A DNA stretch of 63,231 bases, counting the filler, from Folioceros fuciformis (lineage: Eukaryota): NCBI GenBank assembly GCA_049999805.1. It is 7 parts of 7 records of this genome, joined end to end, with 100 filler letters (N's around TTAATTAATTAA, not from the genome) between each part and the next. Parts side by side here need not be neighbours in the genome. Positions count along the whole stretch, not along the records: positions 20,797 to 38,825 come from JBNGIO010002914.1; positions 38,926 to 50,198 come from JBNGIO010002915.1; positions 50,299 to 58,977 come from JBNGIO010002916.1; 4 more parts are not named here. The stretch is one strand, 5' to 3'. The position numbers and the translations under genes were made by a program. This document shows positions 38,156 through 50,585 of the stretch, piece by piece. The notes beneath the pieces were generated by a model. The model was not told where the DNA came from. It was given only the letters and a program-made list of their open reading frames with translations, and did not search any database. Each line of letters begins with the position of its first letter. Within the stretch, counting starts at the first letter, position 1.

Positions 38156-38825
38156 ATGAGTAAGTTGGAGCAGTCCGGGGCCCTCCAGCCCGCGCAAGTG
38201 ACGCACAAACGGGAGAAGCTGCCGGGCTCCGGCATGTCTCCCTGCGCGGCCTGCAAGCTCCTGCGCCGCCGCTGTGCCAAGGAATGCGTCTTTGCCCCCT
38301 ACTTCCCACCCGACGAGCCCCAGAAGTTTGCCAACGTTCACAAGGTCTTCGGCGCCAGCAATGTGAACAAGATGCTTCAGGTATTTGGAAGGCTCCCCCC
38401 GGGCTGCTCCTTGACGTGCTCGTTGCTCCCCCTGCTCGCTTTCCTCTGTGCTGCCGCTCTAGCTCTCGGAGCGAGCTGGTTCAGCCGTCGTGGTGTGTAC
38501 AGCGCCTGGGCCGCTGCGGCCTGGGCTCCCGAAGTGCTGCGAATGCGGGAGAGTCCGTGAGAGCTGTCTTAGGCTTGTGGTTCTGCTGCAGCAGCTGTAC
38601 ACATTGGTGTTGTGGTTTGCAGGACCTGCCTGTGCACCAGAGGAGCGACGCGGTCGGGAGCATGGTGTACGAGGCGGATTCCCGAGTGCGAGATCCGGTC
38701 TACGGGTGCGTGGGCCTCATATCGGCGCTACAGCAGCAGGTGGCGAGCCTGCAGCAGCAGCTGGCGACGGCGCAGGCGGAAATTGTGTGTCTGCGGATGC
38801 ACCAGGCGGCAGTTGCGTCCAACGT
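38156..38825 (+). CDS. LBD4: Class I LOB-domain transcription factor (LBD3/LBD4-like); exons 38156-38380 and 38623->38825; start uncertain, 3' end cut by contig end
   Basis: CAACKLLRRRCAKEC (CX2CX6CX3C), FANVHKVFGASNV GAS block, RDPVYGCVG and leucine zipper LQQQVASLQQQL. Confidence 0.93.
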
Positions 38826-38925
38826 NNNNNNNNNNNNNNNNNNNNNNNNNNNNNNNNNNNNNNNNNNNNTTAATTAATTAANNNNNNNNNNNNNNNNNNN
38901 NNNNNNNNNNNNNNNNNNNNNNNNN

Positions 38926-41105
38926 CCTTTCTTGCACTCTTCAACAAGGAGTCCTGCAGGTGTAAATCTAACTTGCAGTCCTTGCTCAACCATCTGCCCA
39001 ACTGACACCAAGTTCTTTGTGATGTTGGGTACGTGAAGAACATCTACCAGGCACTTCACTTTGCCATCCTGCATCTTCAGAGGTACAGTTCCTGTATGCA
39101 CAATTGCATGTGCTGTGTCATCTCCAGTTTCTACATATCCAGGTTTGTCAAGCACTTGCATTTCTTTGAACCACTCCCCATGGCATGTCATGTGGTTCGA
39201 AGCTCCTGAGTCCACATACCACACAATCTCACCATTGTTGGATCCATTAGCAGACATAGAGTTAAGCATATGCTGCATGACAAACAAGTTTTCTGAGTCA
39301 TTCTGACTGCTGCTAGAGGCATAATTGTTCTGCTGCCTCCTGTTGCCTTGATTTCTCCTTGGACAGTCTCTTTCGAAGTGGTCTAACCTACCACAAGTCC
39401 AGCAACCACTATTGTCTGCATTTGCATCATTTTGTTGTTGATTTCCACGTCCTCTTTGACTCCCCCAGCCTCGAGAATTTTCTCCTCTTCCACGTGTACT
39501 CTTGTACTGGGACTCCTGATTCTGTTGTGGATTTTGGTGGGGATTCCGACCTCTACCACCTCTTTGCCCTCTGCCACCTTGGGCTCTACCTCTGCCTCTG
39601 CCAGAGTAGAAGGCCTGCTCAGAGTTTTCCTTAGGCTTAGAGGATGATTCCTCGCCTAGGTTTTTCTCCTCTATGATCAACATAGAAATCAGGTCTGAGA
39701 AATTGAGAATGTTTTTCCGAGTCTGTATGGAAGTCTTGAACTGCTTGTAGGCAGGTTTAACCCGCGCAAGCAAACTTCGACCTTGTCATCATCTTCCACA
39801 CTGACACCAATGGACGCAAGGGATTCTACTATCCCTTTGATCTTTAACGCGTACTCATTGATTGATAAGTTCTTCTTCATAACTGTGTTGAAGTCATTCT
39901 TCAACTGCAGTTTTCTCGCCTTCATGTTAGTCTCATAGAGTTTTACCAACTCATCCCATGCTTCTTTGGGCGACTCTGCATCCTGTATGTGCCCAATCAT
40001 GGTGTTATGAATGTTGATTGACAGCCAATACATGACCTTCCGAGATCCTTGACTCCAATCCTTCAGCGCCTTAATCTGCTCCACTGTTGCATTCCGTTCA
40101 AGTACTACAGGGGGTTTTTCATGCTCCTCCTCAATGTAGTCCCAATAACCCTTTCCCATAAGAAAGTTTGTAAAACGAAACTTCCAGGCATGGAAGTTGT
40201 TTTTGTCCAGCTTCTCCTGTACGATCTGGTTAATACTGTCACTGGCCATTCTTGCCACCACTCAAGGTTGACACTCAATCCTTTCTTGAGTACTCACACC
40301 TGATAAATGTCTGAAAGAACCAGACTGCTTCTGACTGGAGTTTTACTCACAAGACCTTAAGTCTCTTCTTCCTAAGAGCAATCTGGTGCGGAATCACGCT
40401 GCCTTGCGTGAACCAGATTGTCTCATGCTCCGTGTCCTTACAGACTCTTGACTATCTGCCCACAAAGCTCCCGTGAGATTTCTTGTCAATTCCTTCCCTG
40501 CTGCCAAGCTAGGGTTAGCACACTTTCTTGCAGCTGCTGAGGCTATTGCAGCTGTTGCCTCCACTTGTCAGCCCTTCCACAGAGCTCTGGGGATCAACAG
40601 CTAGTCCAGTAAGCTGACAGGGCCTTGTCGCCCTTCTCCTCACTTCCTGCACACACCGATATGAGAGTTAGCTGCCGGGACGCTTGCTGCCGATCTCCCT
40701 CCAAGCTGCTCCAACTTCTCGTAGCTGCTCTAGCTTTTGGTGTGCACTCTTGCTGCCTCTTGCAGCACCTCCTACGCCGATCTTGCACCGCCTGCACCGG
40801 GCTCTGATACCATGTCAATAGGATCGACTCCAATCTACGTGCAAGTGTAGGAGAGGAGAGGAGAGAAGAGAGGGTGGTATTGGTGATCACAACCATGAAA
40901 ACAATACACATCACCACTGTCTTACTATGGAGGTCCGAGGTCTCCATTTAAGTAGTACATTTAGGGCTACACAACTTCCAGGTTCAATATGGGATAATCT
41001 ACACTATCCTAAGTTCACTAATAACTAGAACTAGTCTAGTATGAACCCAACTGGGATAACTAACACCACATGAGTTTAGCTCATATAGAGCTCGATAACT
41101 CAACA
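38926..41105 (-). mobile_element. Ty1/Copia 5' part: LTR 40813-41105, PBS, gag (ATG 40248), zinc knuckle and protease; cut by contig end
   Basis: GCTCTGATACCA at 40801-40812; CWTCGRLDHFERDC; WYVDSGASNHM; one frameshift near 39760. Confidence 0.93.
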
Positions 41106-41200
41106 CTTTGTCTTGCAAGGTTATTACTATTTTAATAGGTCAACTAAGGCTAGCAGACTATCACCAATCACTAATTTATCCTAGTATCTAACCTCCTATC

Positions 41201-41527
41201 AGTATTAATGGGTCAGCCCTACCACTAGTTGACCCTTCTACTACAGAGATCCTCCAACTATTAAGCTATTCGAAGGTAGTAAATACTGACTGATCTTCTT
41301 GGATTTTGTGGGCGCCGTCCTTTGAGGTTGTCTCCTTGGGTTTTTCTTCCCACTGATCCGCTATAAGTATTAATAAGTCAGCCCTGCTACTAGTTAACCC
41401 TTCTACCACAAGGATCCTCTAGGTATTAAACTATTCTAAGGTAGTAGATACTGATTGATCTTCTTAGATTTTGTGGGCATCGCCCTTGGAGGTTGCTTCC
41501 TTGGTCTTTTCCTCCCACTGACCTACT
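41201..41527. repeat. Diverged 165-bp tandem repeat, 2 copies, probably retroelement-internal
   Basis: agtattaat..gtcagccct..cccactga at 41201 and 41366. Confidence 0.8.
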
Positions 41528-41679
41528 GTCATATGACGTGTCATTCGGACAATCAAACTTGTCATTCGGATAGTTAACCACCTCCAACACTTCCTATAGC
41601 AAGTGCCTCCAGCCATCCCGTTTGATAATCCTTCAGCTCCTCAAACTGACAAGTCAGTAGGCTCATTAACCCTCAGTCA

Positions 41680-44600
41680 TGTTGAAATAGCACCACAGGC
41701 ATAGAAGGACTCCACAGTTCCTTACTTAAGGTGCACAGGATGCTACATATATAGCCTTCAAGTGGGGCAACCCTCAATAAGGTAAGCCTTAGTCTCGAGG
41801 GTGCAATATCCTAGTATATCCTGATATATCCTGATAACACTTAGGTGATAGATAACTACAAGTTCAATATGGGATAACCTACACTATCCTAAGTGTTGTA
41901 TGCTCTTAATAACAATTCAGTTAGAGCTTGATTTCTAACACACCCCCTCACGCTCAGACTATTTGTAACACTCCAAGTAGTTCACGAAAGTGTAAGAACT
42001 TATCTCTACCTAGCGACTTAGTAAAAATATCTGCTACCTGGTTTTCGGTCTTCACGTGCCGAAGATCTATCTTCTCAGATAATACCGCTTCCCTGATGAA
42101 ATGATAATGTACTTCTATGTGCTTCGAACGAGCATGAAACACATGATTAGTAGCCAACCTCATGCTACTCATGTTGTCACAGTAGATTGTAACCTTGCTG
42201 TTCACTATATTTCCAAAATCATGTAGCAACTTCTGCAACCAAGCTGCTTCACATGCTGTCATTGCAGCTCCTTGATACTCTGCTTGTGTGCTTGACAAAG
42301 CAATTGTCGGTTGTTTCTTGGTTTGCCAGCTGATCATACTACTTCGCAGACCGAATGCATATCCACTGGTTGATCTTCAGTCATACGCACAACCAGCCCA
42401 ATTAGCATCTGTATATCCTGTCAGTTCAAAATGCTTCCTATGCTCATAGAGCAATCCAAACTCAGTAGATCCTTTCACATATCTCATGATTCTTCTAACT
42501 GCATCCAAGTGCGGTTTCCTTGGGTTCTACATGAATTGACTAATCAGTCCCACTGCATAACTTAAGTCAAGACGTGTGATAGTCAAGTAGATCAAACTTC
42601 CGACCATCTGTCGATACATAGTCACATTTTCCAACTCAGCTCCTACATCCATTTGCAGCTTGACGTTCTGCTCCAATGATGTATCCATCGCTTTGCAATC
42701 TGACATGCCATACTTCTGTCCTTTAGCTGCTGCTAATGCTATGACTGTCCTTACAGTTGTCATCTTGGCTACTGGACTAAAGGTTTCCTCATAATCAAGA
42801 CCATACTATTGTGCATATCCCTTTGCAACCAACCTGGCCTTGTAACGCTCCAGCGTTCTATCTGACTTGAACTTCAGCTTGTACACCCACTTAGAACCAA
42901 TAGGAACCTTGCCATCAGGCAATTGAACCAAATCCCACGTTCCGTTCTCAACTAATGCTGAGTATTCTTCATCCATGGCTTGACACCACTTATCATCTGT
43001 CATTGCCTCAGCAAACTTGGTTGGCTCCTTACAAGCTGTGACCCTTGTCATATACGCATAATGTTGCGCATTGTAGCTTGTATAGGTGTACCTATCAATG
43101 GGTTTCCTAACCCTCTCAGATCTCCTTGGTCTTGGTTCATTTTGAACCTGCCTTGCATATTGTTGCTCCTTAGCATCTAGCGTTTCCACAGACGGAATGC
43201 CAAACTCACTGTCAATGCTCTCACTACTTGAGGATTCATATCCCTCATTTCCAGTTTTGCTGCTTTCTACTCTCCCCCTCACTGACATATCCGGGTCAGT
43301 GGTCTTCGGTTTACCATTTCGCAGTCTTCCAGACCATGGATTCACCGTTGGTGATCCACCATTGGTCACATCCTCACTCTTTGCTGGAGTACTCTTAACA
43401 GTACTCTCCCCTGTGGATTCGTCATAGGGTAGTGCAACTGAGTTGCTATACCAGGAGGCTAACTCATCAAATACCACATCCCTGCTTATCAGGATCTCAT
43501 GTGTGGATAGCACAAAACACTTATATGCCTTCCTATTTTGTGCATACCCCAGCAAAACACTCTTCACTGCTTTAGGATCCAGCTTCCTACGCTTCTCATC
43601 AGGTACATGCACATATGCAATGCACCCAAACACTTTCAAGTGCCTAATATCCGGCTTATAGGCAGATAGTCTCTCAATTGGTGAAGCATCATGAATTTCT
43701 GCCGTAGGAGTTTGATTCAGTACATACACTGCTGTCATCACTGCTTCTGCCCAATAATCATTAGGTAAGCACTTCTCAATCAGCATTGCCCTTGCTGTTT
43801 CCATGACTACCCTCTTCTTCCTCTCTGCAACACCATTTTGCTGTGGTGTGTATCTGCAAGTCAGCTGTCTTCGTATACCATGATCTGCAAGATACCTATC
43901 AAACTCATTTGAGACATATTCTCCCCCTTCATATGATCTTAGATAAGAGATGGAGCAGCTGAATTCATTTTCAGCATGCGTTTTGAAGTCCTTGAAAGAC
44001 TCGAACACTTCATCCTTATGCTTCAGTATGTACAGCCACCTGTACCTGCTGAAATCATCAATGAAGGAGACATTGTAGTGGGCTCCTCCAAACAATGCTC
44101 CTCCAAACAATTCTGTGAAGGACCCCATACATAAGAGTGTATCAATTGCAAAGGTCTCGAGTTGTTCTGCACGTGTCGCACAAATGGAAACCTTGATTGT
44201 TTTCCAAATTGACGTGTAGAACACACATGACCAAGATCAACATACTTGAACTTGGGCAATCCTTCCACCACGCTTTTCTGTTGCATAGATTTCAGCTTCT
44301 CTATGTTCACATGCCCAATCCTCTTATGCCATATTTCAACATCACGTATGGCACCTACATCATTTGCAAACATTGCTGCATTTAGCTCTAGAATGGATGT
44401 ATCCAGAGTGAACATCCATCCATTCCTACTACCTTTAGCAATCAGTTTGCGCCCTTTGTTATATTCTTCAATAAAGCATCCATCTTTATTAAATCGAACC
44501 TGCAGATTTTGTTCAGCCATCTGCCCAACAAAAACAGGTTCTTCGTAATGGTTGGAACATGCAACACATCTTGCAGACGCTTCTACTGACCATTCGGCAT

Positions 44601-46500
44601 CCTAAGAGGAACAATTCCTCTGTGCTTTATGTCATGTTGTGTGTCATCTCCTGTACGCACATGGCCATGGGGACCTGCATCCATCTTGTTAAACCACTCG
44701 CCATGCGGAGTCATGTGGTTTGATGCTCCTGAATCAATGTACCATCTCTCATCATTCTGCCCACCCTGTTCAGAGAGATGTTGCATGGCAAACAACCTAT
44801 CTTGGTCATTTCCAGCATTACTAGAGGAGGCATAGTTCCCATGCTGCATTCCTTTTCCTCTCATGTCTGCTTGCTGCTTATAGCAGTCCTTAGCAATATG
44901 ACCAACCTTACCACAGTAGTAACACTCCTTGTCTCTATTGGAATGGTCATGAGATTGAAAAGAACCATCTCTTCCTCTTGTGGCTCTACCTGCGCCTCTA
45001 AAACTTCCAGATTCTCTCTGGCCTTGTGCATTTCCTCCACGCCAATTGTCTTGCTGATTTTGCGTGTTCCGAGCATCCCCCCGTCCTCAGAATGAACCAC
45101 GACCTTTATGGCCTCTCCCACGCTGGTTAGAAAACAAAACAGTGTCTCTCCCTTGAGATATACCTGAACCTGTGTTCAAACCAAGCTTAACTTCCTCATG
45201 CAACAACAAAGCAACCAATTCATCCCAACTTGGGAACTCAACTCTCACAGAGATTGATGTGTCAAAGGACTTGTACTCCTTGCCAAGTCCGTTTAGAGTA
45301 ACTGCAACCATGTCATCTTCCGTCATACTTGCACCGATTGTAGCAAGCTGATCAGCTATGGTCTTCACCTCTATTGTATACACGAGTATGGATCTGCTAC
45401 CTCGTGACAGATTGTTGAACTGCTGCTTCAACTGGATTTTCCTAGCATGTGTGACATTTCCATAGTTCCTCATGAGTATGTCCCATGCATCCTTCGGAGA
45501 CTCACATCCCGTGATCTGTATGACCATAGCACCTGAAATGCTTAAGGAGAGCTAGTGTAACACTTTACATGCTCTCTCAGTTCAATGCTTGTGAGCAGTC
45601 TTTTGCTCCTGTGATGGAGTACGATCCATCTCTAGTTCACTCTCATTACCTGTGCAGAGGTCCCAATAGCCTCTACCTACCAAGAAGTTCTTCATCCTGA
45701 ACTTCCACAAAGCAAAATTCTTGTTATCCAACCTCTCTCCCACGACCTGAGAGATATTGTCTGATCCCTGCACATTAGCCATGATTCAGGCTCCTTTACG
45801 CACCAACACTTGTCCTGCAACTCCCTGCATTGCTATAGAGCTCCAACACTCCACAAGCCTCAATCAAATCTCAACAATTCCTGAATGTGCAGCTGACTCT
45901 TCGCTAAGCAAAAATAGCCTTTGCTCAAGCTTTCAAAAACAAAAACAAAACAAAACACTGTTTGCCAAGTTCAGGCCTTCCTCCTCGCAAATCCTGGGCC
46001 TGCTGTGGCTTCTACGGCTTGGTTGCCTCCAGTAGTTGCTTCTCCTCCTGAGTCTCTCTCTCTCTCGTGCCTCTCGCGTGCTCTTGCGCTTGTTGCGGCT
46101 TCCTATGCCGCCTACTCCGCTGCGCCTCCTACGCCTCTCAATGGCTTGCGTTGCCAACCACCTTCACGCTCACGGCCATAGCCTCAAACCCCCGCCATAG
46201 CTGCAATGGCCGCCGGCGCTCTCTCTGGCTCTGATACCATGTTGAAATAGCACCACATGCCTAGAAGGACTCCACAGTTCCTTACTTATGGTGCACAAGA
46301 TGCTACATATGTAGCCTTCAGGCGGGGCAACCCTCGATAAGGTAAGCCTTAGTCTCGAGGGTGCAATATCCTAGTATATCCTGATATATCCTGATAACAC
46401 TTAGGTAACAGATAACTACGAGTTCAATATGGGATAATCTACACTATTCTAAGTGTTGTATGCTCTTAATAACAATTCAGTTAGAGCTTGATTTCTAACA
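41680..46500 (-). mobile_element. Ty1/Copia with both 261-bp LTRs (41680-41940, 46240-46500) and TSD AGTCA; decayed gag-pol with an RT deletion near 42720
   Basis: TG..CA LTRs with 13 mismatches by eye; AGTCA at 41675-41679 and 46501-46505; PBS at 46227-46239; PPT at 41941-41950; YTPQQNGVAERK, RYKARLVAKGY, ADIFTKSL. Confidence 0.97.
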
Positions 46501-47593
46501 AGTCAGTCGGTGTATTGACTTGACGTAAGTTAGTTTCTAACTAGGAAAATACAACATTAGCATTAGTGGAGAGTCGTAGGGGCCAACCTCTTGCTGGAAT
46601 GAGATGGCAACCAGGCAGCTAGCCTATTTGTTCGGTAGTTTAGTAAAACTAGTAAGCGCAAGTGTAGTCGAAAATTCCTAAGGGTTAGTTGATTAGTTCC
46701 ACATCTAGACAATGATATGACAAAAGGTCCCTAGGGCTGATGAGAGTAGGGGATGAGAAGGTGGAGTGACTGGAGAAGGAGAGGGGTCAGAAGCCGGAGG
46801 TACGCCAACTACTAAACTATTTAAGTCCTTATTTATTATTATCTATATTAATTAAGTTAATTATATATAAATTAATATTTCCAAGACCAAGAATCGAATC
46901 TACACCCGGACCTAGTACCAAGCCAAAACTATGGTCCGGTAGGAAAGCCAGGTTTCCTTAGCCTCGGTATCAAACCTACTCCTATCCAGGTGACAACACT
47001 ACCCACCATCCTCCAGTTAGTTAGCTCATCACTAGCTATCATCTGGTCAATTAACCTAACTGATAGAAAAAATAGGAGAAATCAAAAGGAAATAAAATCT
47101 AAAATAAAGGAAGAAAAGAAAACCTTACTAAGCTACATCAAACCCTTTTTTGACCAAACTAAACCAGTGCCCCAAAATTTAGAGTTACACACCACTATAG
47201 GGATAGTAAGGCTAATTCTTCAAGCCTAATGACTATCATGGTCTATGACTAACTCTTCAAGCCTAATAACTATCTTGGTCCGGGAAAAGAAAGGTTCTAC
47301 CATCAAATCCATTTAGATAAAGATATTAGAAGCTAACCCTAAAGATTGTTAATAGCACCTAAAATATCATGGCCTAGGAGGAGAAAGGGTTTACCATCAT
47401 ATCTATTTAGAAAGTGTGTTGTTCATTCTTTTAATATTTACAAAGTCCATAGTACATTCTCTAAATAAATAGTTTGTTGTTGAACCAATAGCATCTTGAA
47501 AATTATGATGGTGCATGGCATAGTGTTACTAAAGATTTTAAGCCTTAGGGTATAATTATCTTAGCTTATCCTTACTTAGAACTCGTGCTCTCT

Positions 47594-48065
47594 CAACCAA
47601 GCTTTCTTTCTACCCTCTCATTTGGTCCTACCCTCTCACCCAACCTTTCTTTCCACAAAAATAAATTTCTTATTCTAGCTTCCCTATCATTCAAGCTTTC
47701 TTTCTATCCAAGATCTTTGAGTTTCTTATATATCCCATTCGAGCTTCCTTATCATCCAAGCTTCCTTTCTACCCTCTCGTTTGCCTCTACCTTCTTACCC
47801 AAGTTTTCTTTCTACAAAAATGAATTTTGTGTCATTTCCCCTATTAAGTTCCCAATCATCCAAGCTTTCTTTCTATCCTCTTGCTTGCCCCACCCTCTCA
47901 CCCAAGCTTCCTTTCTACAAATATGAATTTTATATCATTTCTCCTTCTATCTTCCCTATCATCCAAGGTTTCATTCTACCCTCTCGTTTGCTCGTAGCCT
48001 CTCACCCAAGCTTTCTTTCTACGAAGATGAATTTTGATTAGTTCCCCCTTGTAGCTTCCCTATCC
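47594..48065. repeat. Degenerate pyrimidine-rich tandem array built on CCAAGCTTTCTTTCTA
   Basis: Motif variants recur about 9-10 times. Confidence 0.8.
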
Positions 48066-48155
48066 TTTCCCGATACCTCAATTTTTGTCTCTCTTTCATG
48101 CCTTGCAATCTTATTTGGCCAAATTTTTGTTAGGGTCTAGGGTTTAGGGACCAAC

Positions 48156-48196
48156 GCACTCTATCTATGCGTCCAGCGGACGCATAGATAGAGTGC
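48156..48196. repeat. Perfect 19-bp inverted repeat with a 3-nt loop
   Basis: GCACTCTATCTATGCGTCC-agc-GGACGCATAGATAGAGTGC. Confidence 0.95.
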
Positions 48197-50585
48197 ATGG
48201 GTCTAGTGGCACACTTGTACATAGGGTGCGCTAGAAGTCCAGTGCATGCATAGGTAGAGTGCGTCGATCAACCGGCGTACACCTACAAAGAGTTCACTAA
48301 TTCTCCGGTGAACTCACACAGGCTGTGTGTCGATTGACCAGTGCACTACTACATGGGGCATGCATTCGTGGCACTAGCATACCAAGGCATGCATTCACAT
48401 ATTATTAACCACTACAATGTGCAAACTTTCTTCAGACATGGACATTTGACATGGCTATTGTTTAAGGTATACTTTAAAGTACTTTCCAAGTAAGGTCTGC
48501 CAATTGGTCATCGATTCTATCTGCAGGGTTCCCATGATCTCGTTTTAGCACATACAAGTTCTTTCCAATAAGCTTTCGAGTGCGAGCATGGAGTTGTTTT
48601 TGACAAGTCAAATTAAATTCATATCCTTAAATAAATGTGTCCACGATAGATTGTGTGTCAATACGCTTTCACAATCTCCTACTTGGTCGTCGTTTTTGTC
48701 TTCTAGAACCCATGGGAGGATCTTCATTGGGCAATATCATCTCCTCTTGGTATCGACCTTCAAATGCATATGAACATTTGGTAACCCACCAATGCACTCT
48801 AGCAGAAGGTATGTCACTACCCTTATCCACATCCAACGCTTTGGCGATCCAACATGACCTATTGTCTTCGTCTGTCTCGCATAGGATAGCAATCATGTGC
48901 TAGTGGTCAATTGCACCTCTCCTGACACCAACACACTTACTACACCCACTATAACGACACGAACCTCTCATGTCTGTGACTTTCCTTACTCACTCACTCA
49001 TTCCAGCACCAGCACCAGCACCAGCACCACTACCTTTTACACGTCCCTATTGACTCCCTCACTCGGCAAGAGTCACTAGACTAACCCCAAAGAAGAACAT
49101 GTCACCCACAATCCTACCGGACACCATGCAAGCATAGTCGGTACACACTCCAGTCCTGCAAGGACCCGAGGGATAGATCATAGGGACATGATACGAATAG
49201 CACAATCAAGAATAAAGCGGCTCAGCCCTTAACCTTGGCCACTACCTCTCAAAGGTTTACTCGGCATTGCACAACACGCATAGCCGGCACACACTGCTTC
49301 ATTCACGCAGGGACAACCGGAGAGAGAGCATTAAGTGACAAGTAGGTTCTAAAGGCTCACAACGTCTTATAGAAGACTCTTGACTCTAGTCCCCCTTACT
49401 CTCTCTATAGGTTGACTACTATGACACGACAGCTAAAGGAGTAGTTTATCCCAAACTATTATTCTAGGCTAGTCTACCCTACCATCAACTTGATGAGTCA
49501 CTAGCCCCCTTGTTGACCCTACCAACAGCCCTTGCAGATCCTTGGCTGTTGATGGCAACCCTTCTAGATATGGTGGGCGCTGCCTTCTTATTGCTGAGTG
49601 GCTACTTGCAAAGTCTTCCCTTGCCACTGCTTCCATGGTGGTTGAGGCTACCTCTGGTCCATACACCTTCACCCTTACAGCATCTCCCCTAACGGTTCCC
49701 ACAAAGACTAATGCATAGCCCTCATGGGAGGAGCATCTGTCAGTTTGTTAGTTTAGTCGTAAAATGGTGTTCTACGGGGCCCACGAACAATAAATCAGAC
49801 CTACTTGGGACGTGTTAGTAGCAAAAAGAACACAGCAAAAGAGGCTAGTGGGGAGGTTGCTGGAGCTGAACTCCCGTTGGAGTAGGTTAGAATAGCAAAC
49901 AAGCAAACAATCCACTTAGGCAGCTAAAAGAAGTGGTAGCTGACAGGTTAGAAACAACCCCAAGGAGCGATGGGCCATCAGATTATCGAACAGTCCTGAG
50001 ACAAAGGTCCCTTGGTGTTATTAAGAGCAATGGGAGGAAAAAGGAAAAAGAACGGAAGAGGATTGGCCAGTGGCTGAACTTAGGCTTGAAATCGGTAGCT
50101 TATTTAGCAGAAACGGCTTTTAGCTAGATTGCTCCCTTAGTCACCGAAAATTGATCCTGAGGTGCCAGGATAATTCTTGAAGTGTTAGAGGAATGAAGNN
50201 NNNNNNNNNNNNNNNNNNNNNNNNNNNNNNNNNNNNNNNNNNTTAATTAATTAANNNNNNNNNNNNNNNNNNNNNNNNNNNNNNNNNNNNNNNNNNNNCA
50301 TTTGTGAGTGGTTGTGGGAGCTTGTTGAAGCTCATGAGGGATGGTGTGAGATTGCTGAAGATTGGTGGACAAAGTTGGAGATTGAGACCCTTGGGGGCAG
50401 GCCTGTGAAAATAATTGTGAACCAGAGCTCTTGTGTGTGTTTTGTGTGTGTGGAGTGCTGCATAAGTGTGTGGGGAGGTGTGGCTGATCTGCAAGGCTTT
50501 GTTCCCACAAGGATCAGCCCTTGCATGTGTGAGGAGCATGGAATAACCCAGCTCTGTGAGTCTGGAAGGTCTAGGGCAAAAACCA

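Noticed and set aside
48131-48149. Telomere repeat (TTTAGGG-like)
   Set aside because: Only 2-3 imperfect units, internal; not a telomere.
48900-50198. LTR- or leader-like sequence with (CCAGCA)n
   Set aside because: Probably retroelement-derived, but I could not fix a PBS, PPT or boundaries.
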